A stretch of 64,000 nucleotides of DNA from a bacterium (GTDB lineage: Bacteria; Patescibacteriota; Minisyncoccia; JACQLN01), in the NCBI GenBank assembly GCA_030697795.1, contig JAUYOV010000004.1, positions 11,831 through 75,830 on the forward strand, in the 5' to 3' direction. The position numbers and the translations under genes are program-made. The notes under the pieces are model-generated. The model was given only the letters and a program-made list of their open reading frames with translations. It was not told where the DNA came from and made no database searches. Shown one piece after another: positions 38,070-46,556 of this stretch (the stretch's first letter is position 1; every line of letters starts with the position of its first letter).

Positions 38070-39074
38070 CTATCTTTTTGCAAATAACGCTCTTTTATAT
38101 AATTCCAAGTTTTCTAAAGCGATGCCCGTACCTTTAACCACACAAAGTATAGGATCATCCGCCACATAACAAGGCACGCCCGTTTCTTGAGTTATTAAAC
38201 TATCTAAATTTCGCAATAAAGCTGTACCGCCGGAAATGATCATACCTTTATCCATAATATCGGCCGAAAGTTCGGGCGGAGTTTCCTGTAAAACCATTTT
38301 TACTGTTTTTATAATTTCCGCCAATGTATCTTTTATAGCTTTAGGAATTTCGTTGGAATGAAGTTCTATGGTTTTAGGCAGGCCTGCCACTAGATCGCGC
38401 CCGCGGATTTCTAATATTTCTTCTTCTTTTTTTGGCACAGCCGAACCAATAGCAATTTTAATCTGCTCGGCCGTACGCTCACCCACAGCTAAATTATGTA
38501 CTTTATGAATATAATTTTGAATAGCTGTATCTATGGCATTGCCACCCACCCGAGCCGAAGCCCACGCCACAATCCCGCCTAAAGATATTACAGCCACCTC
38601 CGTAGTGCCTCCGCCTATATCTATTATCATATTACCCGAAGCCTCGTTTATAGGTATGCCAGCGCCTAAAGCGGCCAGAATCGGTTCCTTAACCACGTAA
38701 GCTGCTTTGGCGCCCGCTTTTAAGGTAGCTTCTATAACAGCGCGCCTTTCGGTTGATGTGACACCAGCCGGAACCGCCACCATAACTTCTGGCCTAAAAA
38801 AACTAAACTTGCCTGTTATTTTTTTAATAAAATGACGAATCATCGCCTCGGTTATGCGGTAATCGGCTATAACCCCATCTCTAACCGGACGCACCGCCAT
38901 AATACTATCGTGGGTGCGGCCAATCATTTCTTTGGCTTCGTGCCCCACCGCCATAATTTTATTTTCATCTAAAGAAACCGCTACCACTGAAGGCTCGTTA
39001 ATAACCACTCCTTTTGACGGAACAAATACCAAAATATTGGCTGTGCCTAAATCTATGCCTATTTTTATGGCCAT
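38070..39074 (-). CDS. Second MreB-like actin homolog
   Basis: MAIKIGIDLGTANILVFV...; paralog of 29684..30745. Confidence 0.85.
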   Translation of the reverse strand: MAIKIGIDLGTANILVFVPSKGVVINEPSVVAVSLDENKIMAVGHEAKEMIGRTHDSIMAVRPVRDGVIADYRITEAMIRHFIKKITGKFSFFRPEVMVAVPAGVTSTERRAVIEATLKAGAKAAYVVKEPILAALGAGIPINEASGNMIIDIGGGTTEVAVISLGGIVAWASARVGGNAIDTAIQNYIHKVHNLAVGERTAEQIKIAIGSAVPKKEEEILEIRGRDLVAGLPKTIELHSNEIPKAIKDTLAEIIKTVKMVLQETPPELSADIMDKGMIISGGTALLRNLDSLITQETGVPCYVADDPILCVVKGTGIALENLELYKRALFAKR

Positions 39075-39269
39075 AATAGTATAAATTACGAAATTCTAAT
39101 ATCTAAATTCGAAACAATATCTAAATATTAAATTATAATTTGGAATTTTGAACATTGTGATTTGTTTAGAATTTAGTGCTTAGTATTTATAATTTTCTGC
39201 CGACTTTATACTAACATCCTAAAACCATTTTTCAAACTAATCAAAGTATGCTAATTTAAAGTCGTTAAA

Positions 39270-40601
39270 ATGACTATAAAAACCAGACGAATTTTGCTTA
39301 GCATGGCCGTGGTTATATTCTTAGCCGCAGGCTCTGTTTTGCTTATGTATGCCCGGGGCTACCGCTGGGATTTTTCCAGCAACAAATTTGTACTTTCGGG
39401 CGCCATATATGTTGAATCGGTCTACCCAAAAGAAACAGAAATTACCTATAACGGCAAAGTTTACAATAAAAATGGATCGGCTTTAATAAAGAATCTTTTG
39501 CCTTCAAAAAAATACAGAGTCAGCGTTTCTAAAGATAGTTTTCAAACTTGGGAAAAAGAATTTCAAGTAACTCCGGGCTTGGTAACAAATACCGAAAATA
39601 TAGTACTTTTCCCCAAACAATTACAAAACCAAATAGTTTGGCCAGAAACATCAGGTTTGAATGACTTTACAATTTCTGTTAACGAAAAAAATATTGCTGT
39701 AAAAATAAATACGGCTAAGGTTTTGGTGCGCGACCTGACCAATATAAACGCCACTTCAACCGAATTAAAATTCCCCGATAAATTAAAAAACAAAAGCGTA
39801 AGTTTTTTAGAAAATAATAAAGGCTGGTCTAAAGATTCACAAAAATTAATTATTTTGAGAGAAACCGCCAAAGCTATTAAAAATTGGTATATTTACGATT
39901 CCTCTAATGATTCATTTACCAATCTAACTACCTTATACGAAAAAAAACTTGTGCTTAAAAACCCCAGCCCCACGCCCTTGCCTACTAAATTTGCAGCCAC
40001 AAAACTAAAATGGTTTGGTGAAAATGGCATAATCGCTTTAATAGACGACAAACTAATTTTATTAGATATAAAAGAAGAAACAGTAACCGATCTTAATTTT
40101 AGCGGTATAGAAAATTTTGACGTTTTTGAAAATAAAATAATCGCCATTAAAAACCCGAATATTCTTTTACTAATGGATTCGGCTGTGCAAAATATTTCGG
40201 CTTTGGGCGAAACCAAATTTGAAAACCCTAACACAATATATTTTTCACCCGAAGGTGATAAAGCGGTTTACAGAGATCTTGGTGGAAAAAATTTAGGCGT
40301 TATTTGGTTAAAAGAAACAACCAAGGGACAGCCCCGCAAGGCAAATAATCAAGAAGTTATATATGTAAATAACGAGAATACGGGAAATATCGATAATGAA
40401 ATCTATTGGCACCACTTTGGCGAATATGTTTTATTTAACGAAGTAGAGTCTCTTAAAACTGCCGAAATAGACACTCGTTCCAATGTAAACATCGCCTCCT
40501 GGCCAGAAAATAAAATTAATAAAACCGTTTATCTACCGAAAGAATCTAGGCTATATATTCTGGAAAACTCTACTGTGAAAGTTGTTGAGGGGAAGTTTTA
40601 A
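39270..40601 (+). CDS. Hypothetical membrane-anchored protein (possible PEGA-like domain)
   Basis: N-terminal TM; weak PEGA-like YRVSVSKDSF. Confidence 0.4.
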   Translation: MTIKTRRILLSMAVVIFLAAGSVLLMYARGYRWDFSSNKFVLSGAIYVESVYPKETEITYNGKVYNKNGSALIKNLLPSKKYRVSVSKDSFQTWEKEFQVTPGLVTNTENIVLFPKQLQNQIVWPETSGLNDFTISVNEKNIAVKINTAKVLVRDLTNINATSTELKFPDKLKNKSVSFLENNKGWSKDSQKLIILRETAKAIKNWYIYDSSNDSFTNLTTLYEKKLVLKNPSPTPLPTKFAATKLKWFGENGIIALIDDKLILLDIKEETVTDLNFSGIENFDVFENKIIAIKNPNILLLMDSAVQNISALGETKFENPNTIYFSPEGDKAVYRDLGGKNLGVIWLKETTKGQPRKANNQEVIYVNNENTGNIDNEIYWHHFGEYVLFNEVESLKTAEIDTRSNVNIASWPENKINKTVYLPKESRLYILENSTVKVVEGKF

Positions 40602-40637
40602 TAATAAATCTCTAATATAAATATAAATAATTAAACT

Positions 40638-40712
40638 CCTCCCCGCACAGAGTGCGGGGTTTCCTATATGGAATTAAAAAGAGCAACATCTCTGTTGCTC
40701 TTTGAGTTTTTT
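40638..40712 (+). terminator. Tandem terminator hairpins (CCCCGCACAGAGTGCGGGG; AGAGCAACATCTCTGTTGCTCT plus T-run)
   Basis: Two stems each followed by T-runs. Confidence 0.6.
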
Positions 40713-40749
40713 ACTGTGGGACTCTGTAAAATTTGATCTGGAATATATA

Positions 40750-41151
40750 TCAAATCTCCGGAATTTTGGTATGAGGCAGTCTATTATAGTCGTAGTGCCT
40801 CCGAACAACCTCGCTTTCTGGACCAGCAAATGCTTCTACTATTCTGAAATCTGGTAACAAAAACTCACTCCCTTTTCCAATAACTCTGAAATATGTCCAC
40901 TTTTCTGGTATTAAACCCTTACATACACAAGGAAAAGAAAATTGCTCTTCTCCTAATTTCTTCTCCGATACCCAGTACTTACTTGACCAATACCAAGGCG
41001 AAAAAACTGCATAAAATAAAGTAACTCCGCCTTTTTCTTTTTTGAGTTCTGACCTTATCAGATCTTCGTGAAAACATACTCCCCGCTCATGAGCGAGAAA
41101 CACAGGGCACCATATTTTAGTGCCATTAGGAAGAACTCGGTGCAACATCAT
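40750..41151 (-). CDS. Hypothetical protein
   Basis: ORF only. Confidence 0.4.
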   Translation of the reverse strand: MMLHRVLPNGTKIWCPVFLAHERGVCFHEDLIRSELKKEKGGVTLFYAVFSPWYWSSKYWVSEKKLGEEQFSFPCVCKGLIPEKWTYFRVIGKGSEFLLPDFRIVEAFAGPESEVVRRHYDYNRLPHTKIPEI

Positions 41152-41239
41152 AATTAAACCCTCCTTAGTTAAGGAACAATCCGTTAAAAATCTGCTCTGA
41201 ACGAGTATACACGCATATTTAATTTACGTCAAGGCAACC

Positions 41240-41275
41240 TAAAAACAGCCACGTTTGACGTGGCTGTTTTTGATG
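41240..41275 (-). terminator. Terminator after rpsI
   Basis: AACAGCCACGTTTGACGTGGCTGTT hairpin plus U-run. Confidence 0.6.
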
Positions 41276-41285
41276 TATCTGAAAA

Positions 41286-41807
41286 TTAACGCTTCGAGAA
41301 TTGCGGAGCTCGTCTTGCTTTTTTCAAACCATACTTGCGGCGTTCTTTTTCGCGTGGATCACGGCGCAACATTCCAGATTTTTTAAGTTTCTTTCTAAAG
41401 TTTAAATCAAATTTAACCAGAGCTCGGGCAATACCTAAACGAATAGACTCGGCCTGCGAATTTGTGCCCCCACCATTCACTTTAACCGAAACCTTAAAAT
41501 GATCGGCAGCTTTTAAACGGTTTAAAGATTCCAAAGCCATTTCTACAAAAGCCGGCGTGCTGCCAAAATAATCTTTTAATGTTTTGCCATTAACCACAAA
41601 ACCACCCTGCGCAGCGGATTCTTTAGGGTTAGTTGTAAAAATTCTAACTCTAGCGATAGATCTTTTCCTGCGCCCAACTGCCTCAAAATATTTTTTAGAA
41701 TCTTTTTTATCGGTATTAAAAACAGTGGCCTCTTCTTTTTCTTCGGCAATTACTTCTTGAACTGGTAACAACACTTCCTTTTTTTTAATTTGAGTTTTAG
41801 TAGCCAT
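41286..41807 (-). CDS. rpsI: 30S ribosomal protein S9 (with N-terminal extension)
   Basis: C-terminal ...GLKKARRAPQFSKR. Confidence 0.9.
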   Translation of the reverse strand: MATKTQIKKKEVLLPVQEVIAEEKEEATVFNTDKKDSKKYFEAVGRRKRSIARVRIFTTNPKESAAQGGFVVNGKTLKDYFGSTPAFVEMALESLNRLKAADHFKVSVKVNGGGTNSQAESIRLGIARALVKFDLNFRKKLKKSGMLRRDPREKERRKYGLKKARRAPQFSKR

Positions 41808-41813
41808 ATTATT

Positions 41814-42188
41814 TTACTCGCCTTTTAAACCTCCTTTTAACAACTTCAAGTTAGCCATAAACTTATTTCGTAATCTATTTTTAGGCAACATGCCATAAAC
41901 CGCCATTTTAAAAACCTCTCTGGAATCTCTGTCCATTTGTTCCTCTAAGGTTCTTGTTCTTATGCCGCTGGGATAACCAGAATAAACATGATATTTTTTA
42001 TCTTCTAATTTATTGCCAGTAAATTTCAACTTGTCGGTATTATAAACAGTTACTTTGCGATTAAGATCTGGCCTATTAAGCGAAAAATCGGCACTGTCTT
42101 TGCCGCGCAAAACCACAGCCACTTGAGTCGCGAGCCGACCGAGTATTTCCCCTTTGGCATCAAATTTATATTCTTTATTTGTATTCAT
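41814..42188 (-). CDS. rplM: 50S ribosomal protein L13; start at MNTNKEY
   Basis: KGEILGRLATQVAVVLRGK. Confidence 0.9.
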   Translation of the reverse strand: MNTNKEYKFDAKGEILGRLATQVAVVLRGKDSADFSLNRPDLNRKVTVYNTDKLKFTGNKLEDKKYHVYSGYPSGIRTRTLEEQMDRDSREVFKMAVYGMLPKNRLRNKFMANLKLLKGGLKGE

Positions 42189-42226
42189 ATTCGTGTATTC
42201 GCGTGCATTCGTATATTGGTGTCGCG

Positions 42227-42577
42227 TTAAACGAATTCTATAAGGCACATCCTAGCGCCATCTTTTCTAACTTCTCCTAGTTTGATTATTCTGGTATAGC
42301 CACCGTTTCTATCTTTATACTTTGGACCAATTTCTTTAACCAATTTATTAACAGCCTGTTCCGACAAAAACTTGGCAATAAGTTTTATATTAGCCAAACC
42401 ACCTTTTTTGGCTTTCGTAACAAACGGAGAAATAACTGTGCCTAATTCTTTAGCTTTGGCTTCGGTTGTTTTTATTCTGCCTCTTAAAATTAAAGCTAAG
42501 CACAGGCTTTTAAGCAAAGCCTTTCTTACTTTCTTTACCCTGCCAAATTTTCTACCTTTCTTAGATACGTGTCGCAT
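42227..42577 (-). CDS. rplQ: 50S ribosomal protein L17
   Basis: MRHVSKKGRKFGR... L17 N-terminus. Confidence 0.9.
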   Translation of the reverse strand: MRHVSKKGRKFGRVKKVRKALLKSLCLALILRGRIKTTEAKAKELGTVISPFVTKAKKGGLANIKLIAKFLSEQAVNKLVKEIGPKYKDRNGGYTRIIKLGEVRKDGARMCLIEFV

Positions 42578-42609
42578 AAATCTTATAAGACCTATCAGTC
42601 CAATCGGAC

Positions 42610-43353
42610 TTATTCTGCTTTCTTAGACTTTTTAGCTGGTTTCTTCGTTACCTCTTCTTCCGTAATTTCTATCTCACCCAAAATTTTAATATGTTCATCC
42701 AAAATATCTACAGCTTTCTTAAAAGCTTCTTCTGGCCTTATGGAGCCATCTGTTTCAATTTCAAAAATTAATTTATTAAAATCAGTTCTATCGCCTACAC
42801 GCATATTCTCGGCACTAAATTTAACCCTTCTAACCGGAGTATAAATAGCATCAAGGGCAATACTGCCGATGGCTATTTTATCTTTCTTGCGTCGTTCTAT
42901 TGGCTCGTAACCTATGCCCGGTGTAATTTCGGCTTCGATTTCTAAGGTAGCTTTTTTGTCGGTCAATGTAGCTATGTAAGCCTCGGTATTTACAATTTCC
43001 ACTTCACCGCCAACTTTTTGAAAGTCTCCCGCCGTAACTTTCCTTTCGCCTTTAACAGATAATTTTATTGTTATAGCTTCTTCTTTAAAAAGCTTAAATC
43101 TTACTTGTTTTAAGTTTAAAAGAATATGGATAACATCTTCCATCACATTGGGAATTGTAGAAAATTCATGGTCCACCCCTGTTATTTTTACAGTAGTAAT
43201 GGCAGCTCCTGGAATGGAAGACAAAAGCACCCTGCGCAAAGCATTACCTAAAGTAGTGCCATAGCCAGGGTAAAGCGAATCAACTTCTATGACCGCCAAA
43301 TTTCCTTCTTTTTTTACGATCTTTGGTGACTGTGGCAGTGAAAATTTTTGCAT
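42610..43353 (-). CDS. rpoA: DNA-directed RNA polymerase alpha subunit, N-terminal domain only (247 aa; no alpha-CTD)
   Basis: Alpha-NTD motifs; ends in a short lysine-rich tail where the CTD would be. Confidence 0.85.
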   Translation of the reverse strand: MQKFSLPQSPKIVKKEGNLAVIEVDSLYPGYGTTLGNALRRVLLSSIPGAAITTVKITGVDHEFSTIPNVMEDVIHILLNLKQVRFKLFKEEAITIKLSVKGERKVTAGDFQKVGGEVEIVNTEAYIATLTDKKATLEIEAEITPGIGYEPIERRKKDKIAIGSIALDAIYTPVRRVKFSAENMRVGDRTDFNKLIFEIETDGSIRPEEAFKKAVDILDEHIKILGEIEITEEEVTKKPAKKSKKAE

Positions 43354-43425
43354 ACTTTTTATTTATAACCGTCCAGGTTGGTCTAGTTTAGCTCGACGAA
43401 GCTGGATCGGAATTATTTAATTATT

Positions 43426-44031
43426 TTATCTTGAATAATATTCCAAAACTTTTGAAACCTCTACCGGTAGTCCAGCCAAAAATTCTTTATCGGGTATGCT
43501 GATTACTTTTCCGGAAAGCTTTTCTCTGTCTAATTCTAACCATCTGGGTGGATTAAATTTCTTTAAAATGGTTCTGGTTTCAGAAAAAGTTTTCTTGGCT
43601 TTGCTGGATTCTTTAATATCAACTAATTCACCGGGACTAACCGAATAAGATGGTGAACTAACTTTCTTACTATTTATTGTAATATGGCCATGCCCAACCA
43701 ACTGTCTGGAAGCGCGCCTAGTTGGTGCCAACCCCAATCTAAAAACTACGTTGTCTAGCCGGCGTTCTAAAAGTTCCATCATTATTTGAGGCGTAACGCC
43801 ACTTTTTTTAGAAGCTGTATCAAAATATTTTCTAAATTGTTTTTCTCTTAAGCCATAAATAAGCTTAAGTTTTTGTTTTTCGGCTTGCTGAACACCATAT
43901 TCCGAAAGACGGCGACGAATATTTTTGCCGTGCTGTCCCGGTGGATAAGGTTTGCGAACCATACCGCATTTAGCGGAATCACATAATTTATAGCCCAAGC
44001 GTCTACATTTTTTACAAGTTGATTGATACAT
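43426..44031 (-). CDS. rpsD: 30S ribosomal protein S4
   Basis: Zinc-ribbon CKKCRR, S4 domain. Confidence 0.9.
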   Translation of the reverse strand: MYQSTCKKCRRLGYKLCDSAKCGMVRKPYPPGQHGKNIRRRLSEYGVQQAEKQKLKLIYGLREKQFRKYFDTASKKSGVTPQIMMELLERRLDNVVFRLGLAPTRRASRQLVGHGHITINSKKVSSPSYSVSPGELVDIKESSKAKKTFSETRTILKKFNPPRWLELDREKLSGKVISIPDKEFLAGLPVEVSKVLEYYSR

Positions 44032-44100
44032 GTTTAGCTTTCTAGCTTCTTAGCTTTCTAGCTTCTTAGGATTTAACTAAAAAGCTAATAAACTAACATC

Positions 44101-44541
44101 CTAGACTCTACGCGGTTTAGGCGGTTTAGGACCATTGTGTGGCACCGGAGTTACGTCTTTTATAGAAGTAACATTTAAGCCCTGTCCCACCAAAGCCCTA
44201 ACGGCGGACTCCCTACCCGAACCAATGCCTTTAACAAAAACCACCACATCCTTTAAGCCAACCTTTTTCATTTTTTCTCCCAAAGTTTCGATTATTCTAT
44301 TAGCAGCGTATGGTGTAGCTTTTCTTGGACCCTTAAAACCCAAAGCACCGGCCGAAGATTGAGCAATTAAATTTCCCCCGGCATCTGTAAAACTAACTAA
44401 AGTATTATTGTAACTAGCTTGAATATAAACTCTACCCTTTTCTACAGCGCCAACTTTACGGCTCTGTACTGGAGCCACTTTAGCTTCGCTAGAAGCCTCA
44501 CCTGTTTTATCTTCTTTTTCTATAATTCTTTTTTTACCCAT
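44101..44541 (-). CDS. rpsK: 30S ribosomal protein S11
   Basis: Conserved S11 core. Confidence 0.9.
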   Translation of the reverse strand: MGKKRIIEKEDKTGEASSEAKVAPVQSRKVGAVEKGRVYIQASYNNTLVSFTDAGGNLIAQSSAGALGFKGPRKATPYAANRIIETLGEKMKKVGLKDVVVFVKGIGSGRESAVRALVGQGLNVTSIKDVTPVPHNGPKPPKPRRV

Positions 44542-44670
44542 CCTTCGCTCCTCGCTTCGCTCAGAGCTACGGATGGCAAGCCATCTTTTTTACTGAAGGA
44601 ATCCAATAGCCTTTTGTGGCGAAGGATGTCCTTCCGTAGCTTTAGCGAAGGAGGACTACATTAATTAATT

Positions 44671-45057
44671 TTATGTCTTCTGCGCTGTTGGTTTTCTGCC
44701 CGAACCCATCGTCTTTCTGGTGTTGCCTCTTCGTGTTCTGTTATTAGTTTTTGTCTGTTGACCACGAACCGGCAAACCGCGCATATGCCTAATACCTTGA
44801 TACGAACCAATTTCTTTCTTTCTTTTTATGTTCTGTGTTATTTCCCTTTTTAGTTCTCCTTCTATCTTAAAATTCTTTTCAATATACTCTTTAATTTTAT
44901 TGGCTTCATCCGAAGTTAAATCCTTAGCTCTTTTATCTGGATCAATTTTTGTGGATTTTAAAATACCCTTAGCCAAAGTTAAGCCCACGCCAAAAATATA
45001 AGTTAAGGCGACTTCAACTCTTTTATTATCTGGAATATTTATGCCGGCGATTCTCAT
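44671..45057 (-). CDS. rpsM: 30S ribosomal protein S13
   Basis: MRIAGINIP... S13. Confidence 0.9.
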   Translation of the reverse strand: MRIAGINIPDNKRVEVALTYIFGVGLTLAKGILKSTKIDPDKRAKDLTSDEANKIKEYIEKNFKIEGELKREITQNIKRKKEIGSYQGIRHMRGLPVRGQQTKTNNRTRRGNTRKTMGSGRKPTAQKT

Positions 45058-45148
45058 TACTTTTCTCTAATATGGCGAATTGACGCGAATATGGCTAATA
45101 ATAAGAATTCATTCGTATATTAGCTTTGATTAGCTATATTGGCGAAAA

Positions 45149-45265
45149 CTATGCGCCTTGGCGCTGTTTATGTTTAGGATTCGAACAAATAACGTAAATG
45201 CGCCCCTTACGTCGAACGGTCTTACACTTATTACAAATTTTTTTAACTGATGGTTGAACTTTCAC
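45149..45265 (-). CDS. rpmJ: 50S ribosomal protein L36 (GTG start), missed by the ORF track
   Basis: Translation (M)[37 protein letters not shown]; canonical L36 with C-x2-C...C-x-H-x2-C zinc ribbon. Confidence 0.8.
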   Translation of the reverse strand: MKVQPSVKKICNKCKTVRRKGRIYVICSNPKHKQRQGA

Positions 45266-45335
45266 AAATAGCTTTTAGCTTTTAGCTTTTAGCTTCCTAG
45301 GTTTACCCTAAAAAGCTAGTCAGCTAAGAAGCTAA

Positions 45336-45551
45336 CTACCTCCCCCTATAAACAATCCTGCCTCTTTTAGGGTCGTATGGAGAAAATTCCATAGCAACTT
45401 TATCTCCCGGAAGAATGCGAATAAAATTTAGCCTCATCTTACCTGAAAGATGGGCTAGTACCTCCATGCCATCGTCTAATTTAACCTTAAACATGGCGCT
45501 GGGAAGAGCCTCTAATACGACTCCTTCCTTTCGGATAGCATCCTTTTTCAT
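45336..45551 (-). CDS. infA: Translation initiation factor IF-1
   Basis: Full-length S1-like IF-1. Confidence 0.9.
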   Translation of the reverse strand: MKKDAIRKEGVVLEALPSAMFKVKLDDGMEVLAHLSGKMRLNFIRILPGDKVAMEFSPYDPKRGRIVYRGR

Positions 45552-45660
45552 TATTTAGTAACTGCCAGAGTATAACAAATAGAATTATACCCGTCAAATG
45601 GCTTAAAATCAAGTAAATATAGCTACAAATATAGCTACATTGACACCTGAAATGAGTCTG

Positions 45661-46173
45661 CTATATAATTGAACTATTGCCGTTAGGCACTCGAGGACCC
45701 TTAATCGGGTCCGTTTTCGTTAAGGCCATAACCGAATCTTTAAGAGAAATAAACTGTTTATCGCTTATCTTACCTAAACGGCGAATCAATCTCTTGCTAC
45801 TCCAAAGGCGTAATTGCGATAATATTGCCGATCTTTCCAATCCATGCAAAATGAAAAAGTAATGAAATTTATCCTCTTTTTTCTTAGAAGTTAGAGGCAA
45901 ACCCCAAAACATTTCTTTATTAAACTTGCGCAAAACAAGAATTGGTCTTTCAAAAAATTCGTTCTTGCCATCTTCTTCTACACCAATATTCGCGCCCAAA
46001 GAACACCACCAAATTTCTTGCTCACGGAAAAGAGGCGGTTTATTATGTTCCTCTATATTTGATTTTAATGCATGCCACTTTTGAAAATCCTTTTTCATGC
46101 TTATATATATTTTACCAGCCCAACCACAATTAAAAAACCGCCCCGACTTTCCTTGGAAAGATTTTAATTTCAA
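45661..46173 (-). CDS. MazF/PemK/EndoA-family endoribonuclease toxin-like protein
   Basis: EIWWCSLGANIGVEEDG...RPILVLRK...LPLTSKK parallels the MazF/EndoA core; no adjacent antitoxin. Confidence 0.5.
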   Translation of the reverse strand: MKLKSFQGKSGRFFNCGWAGKIYISMKKDFQKWHALKSNIEEHNKPPLFREQEIWWCSLGANIGVEEDGKNEFFERPILVLRKFNKEMFWGLPLTSKKKEDKFHYFFILHGLERSAILSQLRLWSSKRLIRRLGKISDKQFISLKDSVMALTKTDPIKGPRVPNGNSSII

Positions 46174-46262
46174 GGATACTTATAATAAAAGCCCCTGACT
46201 TTCGTCGGGGACATATACCAAGGTTTAACCTTGATAGACTATTTCAAGAGATGATTTTGGAT

Positions 46263-46514
46263 TCATATAAATTTATTTTTAGATTTATATTTTAAGTACA
46301 TTAAATCTATAAGTGAAGATACTATATAACTGATAACTACTGAGATAATGGAGAAAAAAATAAATCCAGAAAAATAGAAATATTTTTGAGATATACCATA
46401 TTCTGGCGCATATTCAAGGACTATAAAACTTTTAAAATATATTAAAATTTCAAGGATCACAAATACAATTATAAATGATAAAATTTTTATTTTTGTTAAT
46501 TTGAAAAAATTCAT
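46263..46514 (-). CDS. Small hypothetical membrane protein in an extremely AT-rich (~22% GC) segment
   Basis: ORF only; composition outlier. Confidence 0.3.
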   Translation of the reverse strand: MNFFKLTKIKILSFIIVFVILEILIYFKSFIVLEYAPEYGISQKYFYFSGFIFFSIISVVISYIVSSLIDLMYLKYKSKNKFI

Positions 46515-46556
46515 CTTAATACTCTACTCCTTGAGATATTGGACTTACAAAGCTTT

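Noticed and set aside
46263-46514. Antitoxin partner for the MazF-like gene
   Set aside because: The upstream ORF is a hydrophobic, extremely AT-rich membrane peptide with no antitoxin-like DNA-binding fold; not assigned.
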